From the NCBI GenBank assembly GCA_003173855.1, contig PPGI01000010.1, positions 148,696-212,695 of the forward strand: 64,000 nucleotides of DNA. The letters are read 5' to 3'. Position 1 is the first letter of the stretch; each line of letters begins with the position of its first letter. Source of the stretch: Candidatus Zambryskiibacteriota bacterium. GTDB lineage: Bacteria > Patescibacteriota > Minisyncoccia > Phycocordibacterales > DATDWN01. Below, piece by piece: positions 49,696 to 59,804 of the stretch. The notes under the pieces were generated by a model. That model did not search any database. It saw only the letters and a program-made list of their open reading frames with translations, and was not told the DNA's origin. A program made the position numbers and the translations under genes.

Positions 49696-50540
49696 TATAG
49701 TGAATCGATTTCATCCATTACCTTTGTAATTTTCTCCTGATTTAATCCAATTTCTCGTAATAAATCGGGTTTTGACTGGATCGTTTTGCATAATATCACA
49801 CCTTGATCAAGTAGAGCTTTTTTCTCGTGGCCATTTAAACTTACGAGACAAGTTAGCGGATGAAGTTTAGATTCCAAAATCATATCGTGCAAATTACCTT
49901 TTGGGGGATAATTCCAGCCGATCATCACTAGCCCACCCTGGCACGAGCCGTATTCAATTGCCGAAGATGTAAACTTAGTGTTTGTTATTAACCAACCTTC
50001 ATCAAGTTTCCTTTTTTGGCCAGGCTCGGCACCATAGTCAAATGTCATTTCGCGTAAATCATCAAATCGAGCCTTAACATAAAGTGCCACTTTTAGATCA
50101 GATTTTATTCCAAGCTCATTATGGAATTTTGCTTCAACCATAAGCAACTTTTCCTTGTTCCAGGCGATGACATCAATTTCGTGCTCAACACAAAATCCGC
50201 GTACAATTTTTCCAGTTTCAGTTGTAAAACCGCGCTCTTTAAAAATCTCTGCAACAAAATCTTCAAATGGAAAACCTGATGGTCCAAGCTCTTGAATAGC
50301 TCGTTTTAGTGAGTACCGAAGTGCAATTGGCTTCTCATTTTTATGTAAAAGCTCAAAAGCATGTTTATAAATCTCATGGGTTGTTGTGTTTTGCTCTAGA
50401 TGAGCCTTGAGGTGAGCAATAATATCAAAAACTATTTTTGATGAGGCTCCAGCACGTTTCAGAGAGTATTCCAATTTTTCAGGATCAAATAATTCGCGTG
50501 TTCCATCAGCTTTGAGAACATATATCTGTTCAGAATTCAT
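49695..50540 (-). CDS. ATP-cone domain fused to PD-(D/E)xK (Mrr-like) restriction-endonuclease-fold domain
   Basis: N-terminal ATP-cone pattern IYVLKADGTRELFDPEKLEYSLKRAG; C-terminal EIDVIAW...MVEAKF nuclease core. Confidence 0.6.
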   Translation of the reverse strand: MNSEQIYVLKADGTRELFDPEKLEYSLKRAGASSKIVFDIIAHLKAHLEQNTTTHEIYKHAFELLHKNEKPIALRYSLKRAIQELGPSGFPFEDFVAEIFKERGFTTETGKIVRGFCVEHEIDVIAWNKEKLLMVEAKFHNELGIKSDLKVALYVKARFDDLREMTFDYGAEPGQKRKLDEGWLITNTKFTSSAIEYGSCQGGLVMIGWNYPPKGNLHDMILESKLHPLTCLVSLNGHEKKALLDQGVILCKTIQSKPDLLREIGLNQEKITKVMDEIDSL

Positions 50541-50559
50541 ATGAGGATTATCTCACAAA

Positions 50560-50603
50560 ATTTTATTAAAACGAAAACCCAGCACTAGATTACAAGTGCT
50601 GGG
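50560..50603 (-). terminator. Rho-independent terminator
   Basis: cccagcact-(8 nt)-agtgctggg 9-bp stem followed on minus strand by UUUUCGUUUU. Confidence 0.7.
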
Positions 50604-50620
50604 CACTAATCAATCGTACA

Positions 50621-50851
50621 TCATATGGAACATTGTTCATGTTGAAGTATCTCCTGTCGAAGTCCTTCATCAGGAAGAAAGTCTTCGAGTTTTTTCCCTT
50701 CTTTGCTTACAAGATATATTGCTCTGGCAGCTTTCGCACAAACTTTAACAGTCCCACAACCTGGTTCTTGATTCACGAGTTCAAGCCATTCTCCGATTGC
50801 TCCTGATGCCGTCCTTGGCAAACTCATAAGAAACTTCCAATCTTTTATCAC
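50621..50851 (-). CDS. hypothetical small protein (76 aa)
   Basis: downstream of mnmA on same strand, followed by terminator. Confidence 0.4.
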   Translation of the reverse strand: MIKDWKFLMSLPRTASGAIGEWLELVNQEPGCGTVKVCAKAARAIYLVSKEGKKLEDFLPDEGLRQEILQHEQCSI

Positions 50852-50882
50852 CTTAACATTTTATTTGCCTGAACCCAAATTA

Positions 50883-52031
50883 TCACACTTCCTCTATTAT
50901 TCCTCCGCAAAGACAAACTTCGCCATCATAAAGTACTGTTGATTGGCCAACTGCCACTCCGTTTTGAGGATTGTCAAAAATAATATGGTAGCCATCTGAT
51001 TTTTTTTCGAGTGAGCAATTTTGTTTTTCCTGACGATATCTGATTCGAACAGAAGTTCTAACAGGCAGTTGAGGTTCTTTGCCTGAAATAAAATGTAGAT
51101 CTTTAACAACAATTTCTTTTGCAGAATATACTTTATCAGATTCTGTTTCCTTGTCTGCAACTGTAATGGTATTTTTCTCTAAATCTTTTGCTATAACAAA
51201 GTATCGCGGGTCATTTGGTGATTTTTTTGTAATTCTAAAGCCATGTCTCTCACCTATCGTATAAAGTATTGCTCCATCATGTTCACCAATAACCTCGCCT
51301 TGAGTGTTTAAAACTTTACCAGGCAAAGTTTTAATGTAATGCAATAAAAACTCTTTCATATCAACTTTTCCAATAAAACAAAGTCCTTGGCTATCCTTTT
51401 TCTCTGCTGTTGGTAATCCAAACTTTTTTGCAAGCATTCTAACTTCTGGTTTTGTCATTCCCCCAACAGGAAAAAGTGCACGACTTAATTGATCTTGATT
51501 TAAGGTGTAGAGAAAATATGATTGATCTTTATTTTTATCAACTGATTCTAAAAGTTGGTATTCTAACTCCGTTGAGTCAGAACTTTTTATAGGGGTTAGG
51601 GGTAGGGTCTGGCCTATCAAAAGTTCTGACGAATAAGGAGTTCGAACTTGTGCATAATGTCCAGTAGCAATAAAATCAGCTCCCATTTCCATTGCTTTTT
51701 TCAAAAACACTCCAAATTTTACATATTTATTGCAAAAAACGTCTGGATTAGGCACTCGACCAGCAGAATATTCGCGAATCATATAATCAACAACTTCTTG
51801 TTTGTATTCGATTTGGCAATCTAGAGTTATGAATGGTACATCTAATGTTGCACAAACTCGCATTGCACTTCGTCTCTCTTCTCGCCAATCGCAAAGTATG
51901 AAATCTGGATGCCAAACTTTTAAAAAAACTCCTGTAACATCAAAACCTTGTTCTTTAAGCAACGCCAAAGAAACAGAGCTATCTACTCCGCCAGAAACTC
52001 CAACAAAAACTTTTTTTCTTTTATTTTCCAT
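50883..52031 (-). CDS. mnmA: tRNA-specific 2-thiouridylase
   Basis: PP-loop VFVGVSGGVDSSVS, catalytic Cys region. Confidence 0.9.
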   Translation of the reverse strand: MENKRKKVFVGVSGGVDSSVSLALLKEQGFDVTGVFLKVWHPDFILCDWREERRSAMRVCATLDVPFITLDCQIEYKQEVVDYMIREYSAGRVPNPDVFCNKYVKFGVFLKKAMEMGADFIATGHYAQVRTPYSSELLIGQTLPLTPIKSSDSTELEYQLLESVDKNKDQSYFLYTLNQDQLSRALFPVGGMTKPEVRMLAKKFGLPTAEKKDSQGLCFIGKVDMKEFLLHYIKTLPGKVLNTQGEVIGEHDGAILYTIGERHGFRITKKSPNDPRYFVIAKDLEKNTITVADKETESDKVYSAKEIVVKDLHFISGKEPQLPVRTSVRIRYRQEKQNCSLEKKSDGYHIIFDNPQNGVAVGQSTVLYDGEVCLCGGIIEEV

Positions 52032-52069
52032 AATAACAGTTCAGGGGTCATGCTTGTGCGTGACCCCTG

Positions 52070-52363
52070 TTAAGTAAGGAGGGAAATGATCTTTGTAAAC
52101 AAGGTGTCTTTAAGAAAATCTTTTTGATTCCCGTTCTGACTGACCTTGTAATACACTGAACAAATCCCAGTATTGTACTCTCCTTTCGCCACCATATTTT
52201 CAAAAAGGCATCCTTCACCGTGCGGAGAATAACAAAAAACTGAACCATCTCTCGCAATTGTGATCAATTGCTTCTCCTTGAAGAGTGTATGACAGTGATC
52301 ACAAGCTGTCACGTTTCCATAATAGACACCATTTAAAGTTTTATCACCATTTGGCACATGCAT
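52070..52363 (-). CDS. hypothetical Cys/His-rich small protein
   Basis: CDHCH...CYSPHGEGC...C pattern suggests metal binding; no family assigned. Confidence 0.4.
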   Translation of the reverse strand: MHVPNGDKTLNGVYYGNVTACDHCHTLFKEKQLITIARDGSVFCYSPHGEGCLFENMVAKGEYNTGICSVYYKVSQNGNQKDFLKDTLFTKIISLLT

Positions 52364-52390
52364 GCCTCCGAACAGAACTATACCATAAAT

Positions 52391-53353
52391 TTAATTAAGG
52401 TACAGCTCAGCGTTCCGCTTATGTTGCTCAAAAGTTTGGGCATAATGAATTGTCCCATCACGGCTAGAAAGATAATAAAGATATTTTGTTGTAATCGGGT
52501 TAACTGCTGCAAAAAGCGCATCTACTCCTGGATTATCGATAGGCCCAGGCGGGAGACCTTTATATAAGTAAGTATTATAGGGAGAATTTATTTTTAAATC
52601 GTCAGCAGTCAATTGATAAGTATTTTTACCGTTTATGTAAAGAAATGTTGCATCGACTTGAAGTGGCATACCAAGTTGCAAGCGTTTCCATAAAATTCCA
52701 GCAATAATTCTCCTAGACTCTGTTGTTCGGGCTTCATTTTCTAAAATTGAGGCCATTGTGATTATGTCGCCGAGAGATTTTGTTGTTGTAGCAATTCCTG
52801 GAACACTTTTTATTTTTTCGTTAAATGTTTTCTCCATTTTATCAATCAGAACCTCTGGCTTAATTGTCGGAGAGACAAAATATGTATCAGGAAAAAGATA
52901 GCCTTCCTCTTTTTTTGCAATATTTAAAAAGCGTACTTGATTAAAATTAACCAAGTTTTTTTTAAGATAATCTGCAATTTGAGTGCTGTCCCATCCTTCA
53001 GGTATTGTAATTCTTGCTGTTGTTAAGTGAAAGCGGGCATGAACCAATCGATATGCAATATTTATTGGTCCGGCTTTTTCATCGAGCAAATAATCTCCAG
53101 CAATTACTCCCCTCTCGCCTCCTTGTAGAATAACTGCAGTTCGAAACCAAAAAGGCGATCGAATGATATGTAAACTTTCTAAATCGCTTGTTATCTTATC
53201 CAGTGACTCTCCGGAGTAAATTGTAACTACTTGACCCAAAGGAAATTCTTTTGGAACTTCAAAATAATATGAAAGTGCAGCGAATAAAATAAAAAGACCG
53301 GCAGATAGGAAAAGGATTTTTTTATTAGCTTCAAAAAATTTCTTGAATTCCAT
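52391..53353 (-). CDS. mltG: endolytic murein transglycosylase MltG (YceG-like)
   Basis: N-terminal TM, YceG domain with catalytic ILENEAR region. Confidence 0.85.
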   Translation of the reverse strand: MEFKKFFEANKKILFLSAGLFILFAALSYYFEVPKEFPLGQVVTIYSGESLDKITSDLESLHIIRSPFWFRTAVILQGGERGVIAGDYLLDEKAGPINIAYRLVHARFHLTTARITIPEGWDSTQIADYLKKNLVNFNQVRFLNIAKKEEGYLFPDTYFVSPTIKPEVLIDKMEKTFNEKIKSVPGIATTTKSLGDIITMASILENEARTTESRRIIAGILWKRLQLGMPLQVDATFLYINGKNTYQLTADDLKINSPYNTYLYKGLPPGPIDNPGVDALFAAVNPITTKYLYYLSSRDGTIHYAQTFEQHKRNAELYLN

Positions 53354-54597
53354 TATATTGGAATGTTGAATGGAGCCTCTGCTTTGCGAGATTCAATTCT
53401 AGCAAATGTTGGTGTAGTCGAAACTCCACCAGGGAAATGATACATGGTTGCCAGCTCTTCGGTGTTCAAAACGAAATATTTTTTATTATATGGTTTGTAA
53501 AAATAAGCTCGACGTTTGTAAGCATCAAGCAAATATTGCCTTGCTTTATTTTTTTTCTGATCGGAATACGCCATCCAAGGGAACCACTTGTAATTGTTTG
53601 GAATTCCACGTGCTGGCTTAAAACCATTTAGCGGTGAATTAAAATGCATTATCCCGCCAATTAAGCTCCCTATTCTAGAAGGATCAAAACTTTCTTTTGG
53701 TGAGATATACATCAGTCTAATGCCTGTATCAAAGCCGTTTTTGGAAACACTTCGAGCTAATGAAGTAATTTTTTCCTTATCAACATCATGAAGTGGGGCA
53801 CCTGTCCCAGGAATTACTTTGCCATCTGGGCCCTTCTCACCTTTCGCCGCATCTTGAATTTTTTTAATTTCTTCTTCAGCCCCTTTTTTCCATTTAAGAT
53901 CGGCGGCTTCACCTGTTTTTGGATCCTTATCTTCTTTTACGTGTGCCCGAATAATGATCTGAAGCCAAGCTTGCTCGCCGCGGCGAATTGCACCAAGTGC
54001 TTCAATCAATGGTGTTAATGGATCAATTTTAACTTCTTCTTTGGGATCTTTATCCATTCCATAATCAATATAGGTTTTTATCGGGAAATAATCTTTTTGA
54101 GTTAAATCAAATTCTGTAGCAAAAATATTATTTACTTCTGGATCAAAAACAACAGGCAATGTGTAATCTGGCACTTCGTATATTTCAATGCCGGGATATT
54201 GCGAGTAAAGATTAGCCTCAATTTGGCTCTTTGCTCCCTTTCTTGCCCAAATATAAAAGTGAACCGCTCCATCAATCGAAACAATTTCCAATGAAAACCA
54301 TGAACGAACTGATCCTTTCCAAAATTTTTCATACCAATTGCCTTCTCCAAGTGTAGAGTACAATCCAGAAATAAAAAATTCTGCAGCTTGTGGAGATTTG
54401 AAGATATCTTTTGGTAATTTTACTTCAAGCAATATATAAGTTTGAGCAGCAAAAAAAAGTGCTCGACGATATTGGACCCACAAATCCCAAAGAATTACTG
54501 CAGCGGCTGCCGGAACAAAAACATAAGCCGCATAATAGAGAATTTTGAAAGTAAGCAGCATTTGCGGGCTGCTAAATAGTTTAAAAATAGCGTTCAT
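53353..54597 (-). CDS. hypothetical membrane-anchored protein (414 aa)
   Basis: N-terminal TM; no motif recognised. Confidence 0.5.
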   Translation of the reverse strand: MNAIFKLFSSPQMLLTFKILYYAAYVFVPAAAAVILWDLWVQYRRALFFAAQTYILLEVKLPKDIFKSPQAAEFFISGLYSTLGEGNWYEKFWKGSVRSWFSLEIVSIDGAVHFYIWARKGAKSQIEANLYSQYPGIEIYEVPDYTLPVVFDPEVNNIFATEFDLTQKDYFPIKTYIDYGMDKDPKEEVKIDPLTPLIEALGAIRRGEQAWLQIIIRAHVKEDKDPKTGEAADLKWKKGAEEEIKKIQDAAKGEKGPDGKVIPGTGAPLHDVDKEKITSLARSVSKNGFDTGIRLMYISPKESFDPSRIGSLIGGIMHFNSPLNGFKPARGIPNNYKWFPWMAYSDQKKNKARQYLLDAYKRRAYFYKPYNKKYFVLNTEELATMYHFPGGVSTTPTFARIESRKAEAPFNIPI

Positions 54598-54651
54598 TTC
54601 TATATTATATCGCAGCCAACAAAAAACCCAAGCTTTTGCTCGGGCTTCTTG

Positions 54652-55692
54652 TTAGACAGTTACCATATACTTGCCATCTTTCTGCTTTTTGAAATATTTC
54701 GGATTTTGGAGATTGACCATGATTGTATTTTCTTTCACATATCTTTCCTTTAGAACTTTCTTTACGATCTCATCTTTTGTCATCGGTCCATTTTTTTCAA
54801 TAATTTTTTTGATGACATCTTTTACAACTCCAGACATGTAACCCCATTCTGAAAGTGCATAAAGTCCTCGTCCAACCAAAACAAATCGCGGATCTTTGAT
54901 AAGTTCGTTGTGAGTTGTAGCAACGTGAGCTTTCTTATGAAAAAGTTCAGTGATAAGTTTTGCCACTTCCCGGAAATGAATTGGTGAGCCATGTCGGCGG
55001 ATAACCAAATATGCATAATCTCGCATGCCTTTTGCATTAATATTTGGAGATTGTGTTTTGCCCCATTCACCCAGCTGATTTTGATCAATTAGTTTTGAAA
55101 GAGTCAGCCATCGTTTTGCAATTTCCTGATTTTTGTATTTTTCAGAAACATCTTTTAGGTGTTCTAAAAACTTCTCAACCATGTCTGATTCAAGCAAGAT
55201 TTCATCATCAGAAAGTGTTGCGTAAAGATTTCGTAGCGATGAATGGATCTTCTTTGATAATTCCTTATCAATTGTCCATCGATGCTTGAACTCATTATCT
55301 TCTTTTTCCTTTGTAAAATCCTCTCCAACAACTAATAAAAAGTGTAGCTGATTTTGTGTAGCCTTATCTTTTGCCAAATGCTTCAGCAAACCTTCTTCAG
55401 TGACAACTGAACCAAGGTTAGAAATAACTTCGCGAAGTTCATCAAAAGCTGCTTTCTCTTTTGTGTATTCTTTTGATTTGCGGATATTTATAATTGAGTA
55501 GTTTTCGATTTGTCGAACTCGTTCTCGAGTGATTTTGTATTTCTTGCCAATAGCTTCAAGTGTCATTCTTTTTGAGTCTTGGCCAAGCCCAAAACGTGAA
55601 GTGATGACATCTCGTGAACGATCTCCAAGTACAGACAAAAGCCTCTTTGTGACCTGTTTTGGCTTGAATGTGATTTGTGTTTTATCCGCCAT
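54652..55692 (-). CDS. sigma-70 region 4 (HTH) domain protein of unknown function
   Basis: N-terminal RFGLGQDSKRMTLEAIGKKYKITRERVRQIE matches sigma70 region 4.2; ~270 aa C-terminal extension unassigned. Confidence 0.55.
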   Translation of the reverse strand: MADKTQITFKPKQVTKRLLSVLGDRSRDVITSRFGLGQDSKRMTLEAIGKKYKITRERVRQIENYSIINIRKSKEYTKEKAAFDELREVISNLGSVVTEEGLLKHLAKDKATQNQLHFLLVVGEDFTKEKEDNEFKHRWTIDKELSKKIHSSLRNLYATLSDDEILLESDMVEKFLEHLKDVSEKYKNQEIAKRWLTLSKLIDQNQLGEWGKTQSPNINAKGMRDYAYLVIRRHGSPIHFREVAKLITELFHKKAHVATTHNELIKDPRFVLVGRGLYALSEWGYMSGVVKDVIKKIIEKNGPMTKDEIVKKVLKERYVKENTIMVNLQNPKYFKKQKDGKYMVTV

Positions 55693-55796
55693 AAGTTGTT
55701 TATTTAACCCAATAATTAAAGGGTTCCAAACGAATGTTCGTTATTTTTATCATTAGACCACAATTTAGTCAAGTCCTCTTGACTAACGTTAAATAA

Positions 55797-58394
55797 TTAC
55801 GCGACTACAAGATTTAAAAGCTTATCTTTGATGTAGATAATTTTTTTTATCTCTCTGTTCATTATCCATTTTTCAACATCAGGAAGTCCTCGAGCAATTG
55901 AAACAATTTCGTCTTGTGATAATCCTTTTACAATATGAGCTTCTGATCTTACTTTTCCGTTTATCTGCACAGCAATAGTTACCTCTTCTTCAAGCATTTT
56001 ATTTTTATCTGCTCTTGGCCAAGACTCTTGAACAAGCAAAGATTTGTGACCAAGATTACTCCATAATTCCTCTGTCATGTGCGGTGCAAAAGGGGAGAGA
56101 ATTTTCAAAAATAATTCAAAATCTGATTTAGAAATTTTATCAAGTTTATCCATTTCATTAACTAAAATCATCATTGCAGAGACTGCAGTATTAAATGCAA
56201 AGCTTTCAATATCTTCTGATACTTTTCGTATCGTTTTGTGCAGTGTTGCAGTAAATTTCTTATCTTGTTTTGCTTTTCGATTAACTCGCTCACTTAATCT
56301 CCAGACACGCTCAATAAACCGTCTCGATCCTATAATATTGTCTGTGCTCCATGGCATCGAACCTTCAAACGGTCCCATAAACATTTCATAGACTCGCAAA
56401 GTATCTGCTCCGTAATTTCGAACTACATCTCTCGGGTCAATGGTGTTTCCCCAACGTTTCGACATTTTTCGATTGTCCGTACCTAAAATAAGTCCTTGAT
56501 TTTTAAGTGTTTGAAACGGCTCGTCAGTTACCACTAAATCAAGATCTTTTAAAAACATATGCCAAAACCGTGAATATAATAGGTGTCCGGTTGCATGTTC
56601 TGCTCCACCAACATACATATCAACATTTCTCCAATAATTAATTGCTTTTCGATCTGCAAATGCTTTCTTATTATGAGCATCCATGTAGCGCAAGAAGTAC
56701 CAGCTTGATCCAGCCCAACCTGGCATTGTGTTTGTCTCAAGACCTTGTTTTACCCACGATTTAACAGCGGCCAAAGGAGATTCTCCAGTTCCTGTCGGTT
56801 GATACGATTTAACTTCTGGAAGTTTGAGTGGTAGTTCCCGATCACGAAGAGGAGTTATGGTTCCATCTTTATTGTGTCGAAGCGGAATCGGCTCTCCCCA
56901 ATATCTCTGCCTTGCAAAAACAGCATCCCTCATTTTGTATTTTGTCACAATTTTTCCACCAACAAATTCTGTAATTTTTTTCTTTGCTTTGTCAGTTGGC
57001 ATTCCTGTAAATTCACCTGAATGAATTAAATATCCATCACCTTCATAATGATCATACTCAAGAATAAGTTCTTGTGGAGCCATTGATCTTTTTCCATAAG
57101 GAATTGTTCTCAATCCTTTTTCATCATTAAAATTTATTTCAATAACTTTTTTAATCGGCAAATTGTATTTTTTTGCAAATTCAAAATCGCGTTCGTCATG
57201 CGCTGGTACAGCCATGATTGCTCCTGTTCCATAGTGAGCTAGAACATAATCAGCAACAAACAATGGAATTTTCTCTCCATTTGCGGGATTTATTGCTTTT
57301 ACACCTTTTAATTCAACCCCAGTTTTCTCCTTTTTATCATCAGTTCTTTCAGCTTCTGTTTTATTTTTGACCACTGCGATATATCGAAGTACTTCTTCTC
57401 TGTTATCTAAAACACCAATATGGTTATTATCAACTGCTAAAGTTACCCAAGGATGTTCAGGTGCTAAAACCATATAAGTTGCACCAAATAAAGTATCTGG
57501 TCTTGTAGTAAAAACTGGAATTCGACCAGGTTTTTGGCCATGATCAAAAACAATTTGAAATTCAATTTCAGATCCATCTGACTTTCCTATCCAATTTCTC
57601 TGGATTTCTTTTAAATGTTCTGACCAATTTAGTTTGTCTAAACCTGTAAGCAAACGATCTGCATATTCTGTTGTACGCAAAAACCACTGTCTCATTTGTT
57701 TTTTAACAACTGGATAACCACCACGTTCCGAAACTGGGCCTTTTGGTGTATCAACAATTTCATCATTTGCCAACACTGTTCCCAAAATTGGAGACCAATT
57801 AACTTCACTGTAGCCTTCATAAGCTATGCGATACTTCATCAACTCATCTTGTTTTTCTTTTTCACTTTTCATTTTCCAAGTTGAATCTTCCTTTTCGAAT
57901 TTCTTAACTAAAGTCTCAATCGGTTCAGCTTTATCTGTTTTTTTGTTGTACCAGGAACCGTACATTTTTAAAAACATCCACTGTGTCCATTTATAAAAAG
58001 CTGGGTCAGTTGTATTTACTTTGCGAGACCAGTCATACGAAAGTCCGATAATCATCAACTGACTTTCAAATGTTTTTATATTTTCCTCCACTGCTTTTCG
58101 CGGATGAATGTGATGCTCAAGTGCGTATTGTTCTGCTGGCAAACCAAAGGCATCATAACCCATCGGATGAAGAACATTAAATCCCTGCATTCGCTTCATT
58201 CGAGCATAAACATCAGAACCAATGTAACCCTTTGGATGACCGACATGAAGTCCAGTTCCTGACGGATACGGAAACATATCGAGCACATAATGCTTTTTCT
58301 TTTTTGAACTATTTGGAGTGAAATAGGCTTTTTTCTTTACCCAAGTAGATTGCCACTTTTTTTCGATTTCTAAATGATCGTATTCACGCATCAA
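55797..58394 (-). CDS. leuS: leucyl-tRNA synthetase
   Basis: class I HIGH-type (HVGHPKGY), KMSKS (KMSKRWGN), CP1 editing domain, 865 aa. Confidence 0.95.
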   Translation of the reverse strand: MMREYDHLEIEKKWQSTWVKKKAYFTPNSSKKKKHYVLDMFPYPSGTGLHVGHPKGYIGSDVYARMKRMQGFNVLHPMGYDAFGLPAEQYALEHHIHPRKAVEENIKTFESQLMIIGLSYDWSRKVNTTDPAFYKWTQWMFLKMYGSWYNKKTDKAEPIETLVKKFEKEDSTWKMKSEKEKQDELMKYRIAYEGYSEVNWSPILGTVLANDEIVDTPKGPVSERGGYPVVKKQMRQWFLRTTEYADRLLTGLDKLNWSEHLKEIQRNWIGKSDGSEIEFQIVFDHGQKPGRIPVFTTRPDTLFGATYMVLAPEHPWVTLAVDNNHIGVLDNREEVLRYIAVVKNKTEAERTDDKKEKTGVELKGVKAINPANGEKIPLFVADYVLAHYGTGAIMAVPAHDERDFEFAKKYNLPIKKVIEINFNDEKGLRTIPYGKRSMAPQELILEYDHYEGDGYLIHSGEFTGMPTDKAKKKITEFVGGKIVTKYKMRDAVFARQRYWGEPIPLRHNKDGTITPLRDRELPLKLPEVKSYQPTGTGESPLAAVKSWVKQGLETNTMPGWAGSSWYFLRYMDAHNKKAFADRKAINYWRNVDMYVGGAEHATGHLLYSRFWHMFLKDLDLVVTDEPFQTLKNQGLILGTDNRKMSKRWGNTIDPRDVVRNYGADTLRVYEMFMGPFEGSMPWSTDNIIGSRRFIERVWRLSERVNRKAKQDKKFTATLHKTIRKVSEDIESFAFNTAVSAMMILVNEMDKLDKISKSDFELFLKILSPFAPHMTEELWSNLGHKSLLVQESWPRADKNKMLEEEVTIAVQINGKVRSEAHIVKGLSQDEIVSIARGLPDVEKWIMNREIKKIIYIKDKLLNLVVA

Positions 58395-58549
58395 TCTATC
58401 CTATCAAAAATTCTAGCCTTATCAATTCTTATAATCAGTTAAATTGCCTCAGATGCTAGGCCGAGAAGATTTTTCGAGTGAGCCTTACAAGTAGTAAGGT
58501 GAACGAGAAAAATTGAACGAGAACAAAGCAGATGAGGTAATTTTACTGA

Positions 58550-59479
58550 TTATAATGGTTTTGGTGCAGGATACATATTAACTGGAATAGATTCCGAGAA
58601 ACAATAATGTCCAGCAGGATGATTCCAAGATTGATATCCGACAGGCCTCATATAAATATTAGGTTGTGATGCTTCTGGACTTTGAGAATTGAAATTTGCA
58701 CAAAGCTCGTAAGCTTTAGAACTTTGACCAATTAATTTGTACTCGTATGGATTACCTGTTTGCGGATCGTTAGGAATGCTTTGATATCCAGTTCCAGCAG
58801 CCAATTCACTTAGATTTTGTGGTAATGAACCTTTCATTGAGTAATAACTTTGAACATAACTATTTATATTTTGAAGGTCATTTACTTTCTGTTCATCGTA
58901 CCGAAGCAACTGCTGTGTTCGAGGAGAACCGATTACAGAAAAACCCCAAGTAATTCCGCCCACTACAATAACAAGTGCAACAATCGTCCAAACTTTTCTT
59001 GATGCAGAATTTAATTTTTCGCGAATATCTTGAATGTAATAGAAGAAAACAAGTAGAGTTAGAACAAAGAGACTAAAAACTTTCATCAGAAATCCTGTTG
59101 TCAATTCTTGTCCATCAATAAAGTAGTAAATAACTGTAACCAAATCTATTGCCATTGTTAATCCTGCTATAAAAAGTGTGATGTATGTTAGCCAGCGTCG
59201 GATTGGTAAATTTCTTTTTTGTGGATCTTTTACGTAGTCTCGCTCAAGTAACCACATTAACAAAATGTAAACTGGGAAAAATATGATCAGTGTTGCAACA
59301 GGCCAAGAAATTGTTCCAGAATAGGATCCATAATAGTAGCCACTGTTAACCTGTGGCCATGCACGGTTAATAACAGTAAACAAAAGATTAACAAGTGTGA
59401 TAACTACTGTATATAAAGCGACAATCGCTCCCAAATTTAAGAAAAAATCTTTTGCACTCGTTTTTTGATTTGGTTCCAT
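58550..59479 (-). CDS. hypothetical polytopic membrane protein with C-terminal extracytoplasmic domain
   Basis: 5-6 TM then ~110 aa soluble tail. Confidence 0.5.
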   Translation of the reverse strand: MEPNQKTSAKDFFLNLGAIVALYTVVITLVNLLFTVINRAWPQVNSGYYYGSYSGTISWPVATLIIFFPVYILLMWLLERDYVKDPQKRNLPIRRWLTYITLFIAGLTMAIDLVTVIYYFIDGQELTTGFLMKVFSLFVLTLLVFFYYIQDIREKLNSASRKVWTIVALVIVVGGITWGFSVIGSPRTQQLLRYDEQKVNDLQNINSYVQSYYSMKGSLPQNLSELAAGTGYQSIPNDPQTGNPYEYKLIGQSSKAYELCANFNSQSPEASQPNIYMRPVGYQSWNHPAGHYCFSESIPVNMYPAPKPL

Positions 59480-59548
59480 AATTTTTTATTAATTTTCTTC
59501 ATTTTAGCATAATTTAACCCTGCAAGCACTCAGCCTGCAGGGTCAAAA

Positions 59549-59743
59549 CTACTTCTCTCTCTTTGAGACTCGAAACTTCACGAGACCCATGTTTTTCCTA
59601 GCGAGATCACCAACTGCTTCCATCTCGCATCGCCCCATACCTACAGATTCTCGTGCTCGCGGATCCTCTGTCCTTGCATGGCAAATGCCATTCCGCGTAT
59701 CAAATCTAACTTCCGGATCACACTCGTACTCATAGTTATCCAT
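59549..59743 (-). CDS. hypothetical small protein (64 aa) in GC-richer patch
   Basis: ORF only; local GC elevated. Confidence 0.25.
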   Translation of the reverse strand: MDNYEYECDPEVRFDTRNGICHARTEDPRARESVGMGRCEMEAVGDLARKNMGLVKFRVSKREK

Positions 59744-59804
59744 ACAATCTCCTAGAGAGTTCTAGCTAAACTTTATCTTGATGAAGCTTAAATTTAGATG
59801 AAGA

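Noticed and set aside
59518-59542. Hairpin ccctgca...tgcaggg downstream of the 64-aa ORF as a terminator
   Set aside because: The stem is reasonable, but no clear U-tract follows on the minus strand. I left it unannotated.
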